64,000 bases of DNA from a virus. Taxonomy: Duplodnaviria > Caudoviricetes. The stretch lies in IMG/VR virus record IMGVR_UViG_3300033067_002502, positions 106,417 through 170,416 of that record; one strand, written 5' to 3'. This document shows, piece by piece, positions 10,338 to 20,800 of the stretch (positions are counted from its first letter, which is position 1; each line of letters starts with the position of its first letter). Both the position numbers and the translations under genes were made by a program. The notes below the pieces were generated by a model. That model was not told the DNA's origin and searched no databases. It worked only from the letters and a program-made list of their open reading frames with translations.

Positions 10338-13300
10338 ATGCCTGTTAGAACTCCCCATTTTGGATTAGAAGCTTTTATCACAGGCGATATTTATTCGTCT
10401 TCTGTAGATAAGCGTAGATTTACTATTATAGATTCTAATATGGCCTTTATATCAGAACTTGTTGGTCAAGGGAAAATAAAAGGCTGGGATTTGTCAATTC
10501 CTTCTAGCTATACTCTTATGGTTTCTAGCGGATGGGGTATGATTGACAGATCTATTGTTAGGACTTTTGGTGATTTTAATAAATCATTACTTGATAATAG
10601 TACTGTTTATGTATGGATGAGAAATAGGCCTGGAGTGATAGGACAAATAAGCGCATTTTCAAATATATCTACTATTAATTATATTGATTCTACAGCTCCT
10701 TCAAATCCAATTTCTTTATCAATAGTAAGTAAATCCACAGATTCTATAAATATTCAATGGAGTTCTTCTTCTGAAATAGATTTTAATTACTATGAAGTAT
10801 ATAGAAGTACAGATAATATTTCTTATAGCTTAATAAATAAGGTTTATTTAAATGAATTTACGGATACTGGTTTATCTGAAAATTCAATTTACTACTATAA
10901 GATTAAATCATACGATCTTAGCGAGAATTCTAGTTCTTTTTCTTCATTTTTATTGGCAATAACAGATAAAGACTTAAGTAAACCCGCAAATCCAAGTTCT
11001 GTAAAAATTATTAATTCTAAAAATTCAGTTCATGTTATATGGAACAAAGCACCTTATGGAAATATTTCTAATTATAGAGCTTATGTTACTCCTGTAAATG
11101 AAGAAAAAATAGCAATAGATTCAGAATTTGTTGTAAATAGTAGCGAAGACTCTGCTGATATGACAATAAAAAATCTTGTAAATGAACAAAGATATTTAAT
11201 TGTTTTAAAATCAGTTAGTGCTAGAGGAATTGAGTCGGATGGAGTTTCTCTTCTTGGTATTCCTGTTGACACAGGAGGGCCTCTTGATGTTTCAGAAATA
11301 ACTATTATTGACTATGTGGTTGAATCTGGAATATCAACAAACGGAATGAATATTAGCTGGATTTCTGAAATAGATCCATATTCTTATTTTAATGGTATTT
11401 CTGAAATTCTTATTGAAGAGTACAGAAATGATGGAACGGTATTAACTTCAGAATGGATTCCTACTCTTTCAGGATATCAAACAAGATCTATCGAAGTTTT
11501 TCCTTATAAAAAAAATGGGCAATCTTTTTATAAGTCTATTGAATCTAGAACAATTTATTATGTTACTATAAGAAATGTTGATTCTAATGGAATTAAAAGT
11601 GTTGGGAAAAGAGTAAGACACTATACTAAAAATTTCTTATCTCCAGATCCTGCAAGGTTTTTGTCTATAACAGATAACCCTGACAAAACTCTTGTTTTTA
11701 AATGGGAAAATTCTTCATCTATATTCAGTTACAATCTTATTTCTGTAAAGAAAACAGATTTATCAGATTCTTCTGATACATTTTTATTTACTCAAAAAAA
11801 CGTAGGAAAATCAACATTTTTCTCCTTAGATCCATCTTTTTCTAAAGAAAACAACAGATATACTTTTTCAATAATATGTGTTGATGAATTTGAAAATGAA
11901 AGTATATTATCAAGTATTGTTTATGAAACAAGCGTTTTAGTTAATCTTCCAAAACCTCCACAACCTGCACAGCAGATAGGATTTGCTGGAGATAAGCAGA
12001 ATATTATAAATTGGAGTGCTTCTTCTTCTAAAGATGTTAAAGGTTATAAAATATACAGATCTTTAGATAGCGTATCTCTTGATGCTTCTGCTTTTTCTTT
12101 GTTAGAAACAGTACCTGCAAATATATACTCATATATAGATTATGAAGTAGAGAATAATTCTTCATATATTTATTTCGTAACAACACTTAATTTATATGAT
12201 CAAGAGTCTCTAAATCCAATAGATGATAAGTATATTAATTATTCCTTAATAACATTAAAGCCTACATCTAATTCTTTATTAAATCCCCCAATTAATCTAT
12301 CATCAACTATCATAGGTAATAGTGTTCAGATTTCTTGGCAACCTACTGGTGGTCAATTTGATGGATATGAAATTTATAAATCAATTGGAAATAAATATTC
12401 ATTTGTTCTTATTGCAACTGTTTCTCCCTCTGTAACTTATTATGTTGACTATTTATCTCTTATATATACTGGCAACGTCTATTATATGGTTAGAAAATTT
12501 AAAAATGAATCAGATTTGTTTATTACAGAAAGTAGTGTTAATGTAACAAATGCAGTGTATCTTGGTAAGGTTACAACATCATCTGGAGTTTCTTCTATAA
12601 ATCTTTCTAATGTTAGAAATATATCTTTATTAGAAGATCCGGTTAGGGAAGAAACTAAATCTAGAATTAATGTTCATAAGCATGAATTTGTAGATGATAA
12701 TAATGACAAAAGAATAAATCTTGATAATAAATTAGTTGTTTCAGATTGGGAATCTAATGATAATCAGATATACACAACAATAACAGACATATCAGATACA
12801 ACTACTTATATTGTATATATAAATGGAGAAGAATCTTCTAGTTTTGGAATTTTGTATTCTCTTAATAAAGATACAGGAACTCTTGTTTTTGAGACAAAGT
12901 TATCTGCAACTGGATTTGAAATAGATGGAAGTCAGGTTTTTGCTTTTTCAGAGCCTCCGTCTATAACTGTTGAATTTGGAAATTTAGAAGAAACTCAAAA
13001 TATAATTCCAGAGAAAAGATTGAAAAGTTTAAGCTCTTCTCAAGTTTCTGTTGGAAAATTAAAGAATCCTCAAATAAATTTGCTAAATCATGATGGAAGA
13101 TTAAGAGAAAAAATTGAACCTATTCAAATATCAACAATAAAAATTGATGATGGATACAGATATGCCCCATTTGATAGTAACGAGATTATTGGAGATGCTG
13201 TTGTTTTTTATGATATAATGCAGGCTGCTGGTGATTTGGATATCTTATTAGCTTCTACAAGCGACGGAATCTATACAAGTGAAGATTTTGGAATTTCTTG

Positions 13301-14861
13301 GAATAGAAGATTTGAACCAGTTACTCCTGTTATAAAGTTTTTTTATTCAACAAAGTATGATACTTATTTTGCCGGTACTAATAGAGGAATACTGTTTGGC
13401 AGAGGAGGATCTGCTGGCGGCTTTAGCATTTGGACAGAAATAACTGGAACAGAAAATGCTAAAATTATAAGAGATATAGCTGAAGATCAAAATGGGGAAA
13501 TTTTTTGCAGTAGCGATCTTGGTGTTTATAAATTAAGAAGGGATATAGGACAGGGATCTTTTATCTTCCAACAAACTCCTATTTTGGGACCGAGAAGTAC
13601 TGAGTCTTATTCAATTCTTTTAGATAGTAATCGTGGAAGATTAATTACGAGCAACGAACTTGGCATATTTGAAAGCCATAATAGTGGGGTTCTTTGGTCT
13701 TTTAGCCAAGAATTCCCTGAGCAAAGGCCTATTCATTCTTTTGTTGAAAAGAATGGCTTTATTTATGCAATAACTGATTATATGTTATGGAGAAGAGGTC
13801 CGTCTGATTCTTCTTTTGAAAGAATTGGAGTAATAGAATCTTCTATTATGGCAAGAAAAATTTCTATATGGAATAATAGGATTTATATTTCTTCGGACAA
13901 AGGGCTTTTTGTAACTAATAGTTCTAATAATATTTTTTCTGATACAAGCGTTTCTTTTGAATTAGCTTTTTCTGGATTTAAAATAAATTCAACAGCATTA
14001 CCTGCAACTTCATTAAATGTAATAGATAATAAATTATTTGTTGGTTCTGAAGATAGATTATTTTTATCTAATAGTCCTGGTAAAATATCTTTACATAGTG
14101 AATTTAGAAGCGTTGTTATTCCTACTATTTACATAAATGGAGAAATACAGTATATTGGTTATAGATTTACAACTAGTTTAGATAGATTGAGAAAATATGT
14201 ATGTTTTGATGTTAAACAAAAGTTTGGGAATGTTGTTACTATTGCTAATCAGTATAAAAAGTTTAAAATAAAAAACGGAGGATGGGCAGATGCTAATTAT
14301 CTTTCTTCTGTTTCTTTATTTGTTGATGGAATAAAAATGAATTCAATGAGTCTTTCTGAAAAACCAGCTCAAGAAGTATCTCAAATTATTCTTCCTTCTT
14401 ATTCGGATCGAAACGCTCATAAATCTGGAGCAGATCTTGCTAAGACAAAATTTGAGATTTCAAAAAGCAATCTTCTTGAAGTAGAAAGGAATGATGCTGG
14501 TCAAATTTCTAAATTAAAAGGATTTTCAAAGGACAATGTAGTTTCTACTTTGTATGGAATTGAGAGATTCCTTTCGCAATTGTATGAAACAGCGAGAGTT
14601 ATTGAAATTACAGATGAACAGGGGAAGGTATCCGAAATACCTTTTAAAATTCCAGATTTTAGAGTTATTTTATTAACTCCAGAATCAAATAAAAATGCTA
14701 TAAAAATTAGTAATTTTGGCTCATATAAAAGCTGGTCAAGTAATCAAAATAATTCTCAATCGTCCGTAATAGGACATTTTGGAAGCGAATTAACTTCTGA
14801 CGGGAACGTTCCTGTAGAGTTAATTGGAGGATTAGGCGATTTAGGTTCTATGGGTGGTTGA
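10338..14861 (+). CDS. 1507-aa FN3-repeat and beta-propeller putative tail protein
   Basis: Several FN3 repeats (DSTAPSNP...IQW...YYEVYRS...FTDTGL...YYYKI; INW...GYKIYRS...YIDYEV); S.D.G.SW BNR motifs in the C-terminal half. Confidence 0.65.
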   Translation: MPVRTPHFGLEAFITGDIYSSSVDKRRFTIIDSNMAFISELVGQGKIKGWDLSIPSSYTLMVSSGWGMIDRSIVRTFGDFNKSLLDNSTVYVWMRNRPGVIGQISAFSNISTINYIDSTAPSNPISLSIVSKSTDSINIQWSSSSEIDFNYYEVYRSTDNISYSLINKVYLNEFTDTGLSENSIYYYKIKSYDLSENSSSFSSFLLAITDKDLSKPANPSSVKIINSKNSVHVIWNKAPYGNISNYRAYVTPVNEEKIAIDSEFVVNSSEDSADMTIKNLVNEQRYLIVLKSVSARGIESDGVSLLGIPVDTGGPLDVSEITIIDYVVESGISTNGMNISWISEIDPYSYFNGISEILIEEYRNDGTVLTSEWIPTLSGYQTRSIEVFPYKKNGQSFYKSIESRTIYYVTIRNVDSNGIKSVGKRVRHYTKNFLSPDPARFLSITDNPDKTLVFKWENSSSIFSYNLISVKKTDLSDSSDTFLFTQKNVGKSTFFSLDPSFSKENNRYTFSIICVDEFENESILSSIVYETSVLVNLPKPPQPAQQIGFAGDKQNIINWSASSSKDVKGYKIYRSLDSVSLDASAFSLLETVPANIYSYIDYEVENNSSYIYFVTTLNLYDQESLNPIDDKYINYSLITLKPTSNSLLNPPINLSSTIIGNSVQISWQPTGGQFDGYEIYKSIGNKYSFVLIATVSPSVTYYVDYLSLIYTGNVYYMVRKFKNESDLFITESSVNVTNAVYLGKVTTSSGVSSINLSNVRNISLLEDPVREETKSRINVHKHEFVDDNNDKRINLDNKLVVSDWESNDNQIYTTITDISDTTTYIVYINGEESSSFGILYSLNKDTGTLVFETKLSATGFEIDGSQVFAFSEPPSITVEFGNLEETQNIIPEKRLKSLSSSQVSVGKLKNPQINLLNHDGRLREKIEPIQISTIKIDDGYRYAPFDSNEIIGDAVVFYDIMQAAGDLDILLASTSDGIYTSEDFGISWNRRFEPVTPVIKFFYSTKYDTYFAGTNRGILFGRGGSAGGFSIWTEITGTENAKIIRDIAEDQNGEIFCSSDLGVYKLRRDIGQGSFIFQQTPILGPRSTESYSILLDSNRGRLITSNELGIFESHNSGVLWSFSQEFPEQRPIHSFVEKNGFIYAITDYMLWRRGPSDSSFERIGVIESSIMARKISIWNNRIYISSDKGLFVTNSSNNIFSDTSVSFELAFSGFKINSTALPATSLNVIDNKLFVGSEDRLFLSNSPGKISLHSEFRSVVIPTIYINGEIQYIGYRFTTSLDRLRKYVCFDVKQKFGNVVTIANQYKKFKIKNGGWADANYLSSVSLFVDGIKMNSMSLSEKPAQEVSQIILPSYSDRNAHKSGADLAKTKFEISKSNLLEVERNDAGQISKLKGFSKDNVVSTLYGIERFLSQLYETARVIEITDEQGKVSEIPFKIPDFRVILLTPESNKNAIKISNFGSYKSWSSNQNNSQSSVIGHFGSELTSDGNVPVELIGGLGDLGSMGG

Positions 14862-17800
14862 TTTTTAATTGGAGAATTATTGTGCCTACATCATTTTCAT
14901 TATTTAATTTGAGAGATCCAGGAGATTCTGGTCATCAGTCAAATATTTCTTTGAATCCACAAGATTATGGAACTAATATTGTTAGAGATTCTTCAAGTGG
15001 GATTAATTACGGAAGACCATTGGCTAGTAATAACGCCTGGTCTGTTTCTGTTACTCAGTCACTCAAAGAGTGGAGAGGTATAAATTTAACAATATCTATT
15101 ACGAATAACTCAAACGTAGTGCAGCCAGCTCCTTTCATTAGATTGTTTTCTGGAATGTATCATAAAAATTGGACAGTTTCTCAAGTAGGAACAGCATATA
15201 GACATTCAATAAATTATATGAATCACGATTCATATGGAATGAGAAGTCAATCTGTTTCATACTCATCTCCTTCAAATCCTGCAACAGATATAATAGGAAG
15301 TACAAATTCGATATATGGATACAATTGGTTTGCTCCTTGTTTTACTATTGACAATTTTACAGGAACTCAAAATGTATTTAATTGTCAAATGATGTCTGTT
15401 TCAACAAATTATCCATATCCATTTAAAATTTATGGAGATTTTAATCCAGTAACTCCAACTGTTGCTGGAGAGCCTTTTGATGCTCATTATGATGATTTGA
15501 AAGCGTTTTTTAGAATGGATGGAAATGTAAATGTTCCAGGAAGAGGGATTTTAGATCAAGTCAATCCTCAAGAAACAAGAAGTTGGACTATTTGGTTAAG
15601 ATATGAAAATTATTATAGTAATTTCTTTTTATCAGACGGCCCTCCAAATCAAAACATTATTAGATCGGGAACTCCTACTTATAGAAAAATTGCAGCCCTT
15701 AGATCTTATGAACCTTATTTTGCATGGTATTGGAACGACCCAACAAGTATTGTTTCTGAATTTCCTGTAGTTCCAAGGCCTCCTATTAATGGAGATCAAA
15801 GAGCGGGGCCTAGAGTAAGTGGAAGAGTTTATGGAATTGAATTAGCAGGAGGAGATCTTCCTACTATACCTAACAATGAAAGAAGATATTATTTATTTAG
15901 AAAATATGTACTTAATGGTACAACTATTTTTGAGAATTTAGGAGCAACAGCTCCTCAAGTTGGTCAGTCTTATATAAATCCCAATACAGTTAGTGGGTGG
16001 AGAGAGCTTCTTGATGGAATAGTTGATGTTGCTAGTTTAAAAAATAATGGATACAAAGCTGTTCTTATTATAAATCCCGCTGGATGGGGAAATGGTAATT
16101 CTGGTCAAAATCCTGCTTTCTTTACAAATCTTCCTCCTAATCTTAGAAACACATTATCTGAAATACAAGATTGGGAGAATTCAACAAATACAAGTACTGA
16201 TGTTCATATTAATAACGGTATTAGGATTTTATTTTCTGCTGAAAATGTTTTAAATAAAGTAAATCTTGGTGATTTTAATGATGCTGCTATTGATTTTAAT
16301 AGTGAAAATCCTTTGCATAATGAATTTGAAACTAATAATTTCAACGAAGGAGGTTTGCGAAATTTTAGCGGTATTTCTCTTTTTGGAATTCCCGATGGAC
16401 TTACTAAGCCTATAATAGATAATTATTTTGAAAATTGGAGAACCAATTATAGAGGATCAACCCTTTCTAGTGGTTTTAGAGTAGAGAACAAATTAATTTC
16501 TTATATGTTTCCTGGCTATCTTGATAGAGATGAATTTTTAAAAGCAACAAATTATTCAGGATCTGGGTCTGGTTGGATAGGAGGAAGAGACTGGTTTTTA
16601 GACTTGTTAACTTCAGGAACAGATCCTTGGGTTTATTGTCCAATTAAAAAATGGAAAGCAGAGTTAATTGGTACGCCTGGAATATCTACAATATTAGATG
16701 TTGAATCTGCATATGATAAGTATGTTCAAAAAATAGAGTCAGAGCATCAAGCTGTTGCAGTTACTATAGGCAGAATAGTTAGGAATAGTTGCCTGTTTCC
16801 TAAAAGACTTAATTGGAAAGAAAAATATGAAACATATACAAGTATAGTTGGAGGATTTGGAGGAGTTTGTACTTATCCAGATCCTGCTTTAGGAGTAACC
16901 TCTTGTACAAATTTTGAGATTCATACTCGATATTCAACAGGAATTCCCTCAAGTTTAAATTACAATATGATTGGACTTTATCAGGCTACTACTTTCGTTG
17001 ATTATACAACAGATCCTTGTGGGCAGAATTTTAGATTTAGAGGACATAGTTGGATTCCTTTTTTAGGACAATCTAATGAGCCTGGAGGAAAGTCTGGAGA
17101 TTGTCTTTTTTGGCTATATGATACAGATACAACAAATCCTAATAGCAAGCTTAGTAAGGCTTTAAAAACTATACAAGATAACATAAATGGAGTATATGAT
17201 GGAGGTAGACTTCAAATCCCTAATAATTACCAAGGAGGTATTTGGCTAAATTGGGAGCCAACAGCAATGGTTGCTTTTGATTCTTCTCATCCTCCTAGAG
17301 TTGATGGATCTTCTACTTTGGGAGGAAACGGTATTCCTAGGAAGTTAAATTTTGTATGTTCAGATAGAGACTCTAATGGAAACCTTTATAGATATATTGC
17401 AAAAGATTCAACAGATCCAACAATCGAAACTTGTACTACTTCGAAAAGAACAATTTTGTCTACAAGTGGAATTGCTGTTGATCCAGATAGAGAAATTGGA
17501 GTTTCTATTGGTGATAGCTTGGTTATGTATTATAAAAATCAAGCGTATCAGTGTAATCCATCAAATGCCTCATCAGTTTCTCCTAATGTATATCCGAATG
17601 AAACTGTAAAAATAAGATCTTTAGATGGTACTGTTTTTAATAGATCTTTAAGGGATTGGTGGGCTTTGGTTTTGAGTACCAATGAACCTGGCTGGGATTC
17701 TGCATTTCCAAGCGATAGGCCGTTACAAGTAGGAGAAACGCAATCTTGGATAGACAAGAGAGATATTATTTTGCAAAGAAGATGGAGCGAAAAATGGACT

Positions 17801-20800
17801 ATTTGGCTTAAGGCTATTTGTGCGAAAATAAAAGCAATAAGACCTGGTGTTGATAAAATTGGTCTTTACGGTTCTGTTCCTCAGTATGGGCAATGGGCCA
17901 TAGATGGTTTAGATTTTGGTAAAACAGATCCAGAATCACCAGATCCAGATAGAGAATTAGAATGGAATTATTGGGGAGAATGGGCTAAGACTCTTGAATA
18001 TCTAGCTCCGTCGTTGTATCTTTGGGATCCAGTTAATGATTACGATGCTCCATATTTGTATAATACGATGGCTTCTTATGGAGTAAATACAGTAAGAAGA
18101 CAACAAGATCCAATCCAATCTAGACTTTTTCAACTTCTTACCATAAGGAGTTATCAAGATAAATCAAATAAAGCAGGAAATATGTTTATTCCATTTATGT
18201 GGCAAAAACACTTAAGAGATGATCAGAATCTTGTAAATCCTAATATTATGGAATTTATGAATAAGTCCATATATACATCAGGAGGAAATGGACTTATTTG
18301 GTGGGATAGTATAGGAGGGCCAGCTGATGCAAGAAATTCAATGCAATATATACAGCAGTATTGGTATCCTACGGTTAATACAATTATTCAAGGAGATTAT
18401 TCTGCATACATAACTCCAAGAATACCATCTCTTCCTTTAACTAATCAAAATCCTGTAGCAAATGCAGGTCCAGATGCTACTATACAGATTCAAGATGATA
18501 GTAATCGCATAACATATATTTTAGACGGTTCCGGTAGCTATGATCCAGAAGGAGGTAGCCTTATTTATCAATGGATGGAAGTTCTTCCTGCAGGAAGAAC
18601 TAGTAGTGTTGCTGTTTGGTTAACTGCAAATAATATAGTAAATCCTTCCGTTAGTCTTATCTCTGGTAGTAGTTCAGATCCTTTAGCAGGAACTTATACT
18701 TTTAGATTAGTTGTTACGGATGAAAGAATGGGATCTAGTATGTCTGATGATGTTGTTATTAATGTAAATCCAAAAATAAACAGAGCTCCAATTCCTTCTG
18801 CTGGGCCTAATCAACAGAAAATAATTTCAGATTATACAGGATATGTAAGCGTAACTCTAGACGGATCTTCTAGTTTGGATCCTGATGGTAATATAACTTC
18901 TTACATTTGGAAAGAAGGTAGTACGACTATTGCAACAGGAGTAAATCCTTCGGTAAATTTTTTTAAAGGACAACATACTGTTACTTTAACAGTTACAGAT
19001 AATGGAGACTCATTTGGAAATAATGTAAGATTTGCTTCTAGTTCTGTTATTGTAGACGTAATACCAAAAGCAAATATTCCTCCAACAGCAGAAGCTGGTA
19101 CAGATCAGAACGTTACAATATCAGATAATACTGGTCATATTAATGTGTCTTTAAATGGATCATCAAGTCATGATAATGAAGATACTGGATACAATAAACC
19201 TCTTACTTATAGTTGGACACTAAATGGCGTACAAATCTCAACAGAAGCAAGTCCTACTATTTCTTTAGTTGCTGGTATTTATGACATACTTCTTACCGTT
19301 ACAGACAGTGGAGATTTTAGTGAAAATATAAATACAAGACTAACTCACAGTGATTCTGTTCGAATTACTGTAAATCCTAAACCGAATATAGCCCCAATTG
19401 CAAACGCAGGACCAGATGATACTAAAACAATTTCAGATTATACTGGTAGTATGAATTATACTTTGGATGGCTCTTTAAGTTCAGATCCTGATGGTTATAT
19501 AACTTTATATAAATGGGATGAATCTATAGCAGGTTCTATTGTTCATTTAACACAATCAACTTCTCCTACTTCTTTAGTTAATCTTTCTGTTGGTACTCAT
19601 ACTATTATATTAACAGTTACAGATAATGGCGATTATGCAGGAGCAAAAAAATCAAATAGTGATACTGTTTTTGTTACAATAAATCCATCTCCTAATCTGC
19701 CTCCAATATGCAATACAGGAAATCCTCAAACAGTTACAGACACGGATGGAGATGGTTTTGTAATTGTTACTTTGGATGGTTCTGGAAGTTATGATCCTAA
19801 TCCTCATGGTTCTATAATTTCTTATTTATGGAAAGAAGGATCTACTGTTTTAGGAAGTACTTCAATTTTGTCTCATTCTTTTTCTGTTGGAACTCATACT
19901 GCAACTCTTACTGTAACAGATAATGGAGATTTTTACGGATTAGCTAATTTGAGTACAAGTAAAGATGTATATATTACCATTTTACCAAAACCACTTAGGC
20001 TTCCTATTGCAAATGCAGGAATAGATCAAGAAGTAACAGATACAGATAATAATTTAATTGAAAACGTTCAATTAGACGGAAGATTAACTTACGACCCAGA
20101 TAATAATATTTCTTCTTATGTTTGGAAAGAAGGAGTAACAACTATTGGAACAGGGTCTTATCCTATGGTTTCTTTTTCAATAGGAACTCATACTGTAACT
20201 CTTACTGTTACGGCAAATGATTTATCGACTACAACTGACGATGTAATTATAATAGTAAATCCAATAGGAATAGATCCTCCACCTCCAAATGTTCCACCAG
20301 TTGCTAATGCAGGACCAGATCAATTAACGGTTATAGATACAGATGGAAGTGGTAGCGAAATCGTTACTCTAGATGGTTCTGGTAGTACTGATTCAGACGG
20401 AACTATTGCAAATTATCATTGGACAGAAATAATTTTAGGAACAAGAACTACTTTAGCAACAACAAGTAGTTCCTTAGTTTCTTATAATTTTACAGTAGGA
20501 ACTCACGTTGTTACTCTTGTTGTTACTGATAATAGTGGAGCCTTGAGTCAGGGAGATGATATTACTATTACAGTGAATCCCAAACCTAATGTAGCTCCAA
20601 CAGCAAATGCAGGACCAGATCAAGAAGTTACAGATACAGACGGAAGCGGTTATGAATCTGTTACTTTAGATGGTTCTGCTAGTACCGATTCAGATGGAAC
20701 TATTTCTTCTTATAGTTGGATATTGAATGAGGTTGAAATATCTACCATATCTAATCCAACAGTATCTCTTCCTGTTGGACAAAACATAATTGTTTTAGTA

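Noticed and set aside
14801-14870. Programmed -1 frameshift fusing the 1507-aa and 2768-aa ORFs
   Set aside because: The frames overlap from 14801, but no X XXY YYZ slippery site precedes the stop (TTTTTAA lies after it), and an SD-led GTG start exists at 14882.
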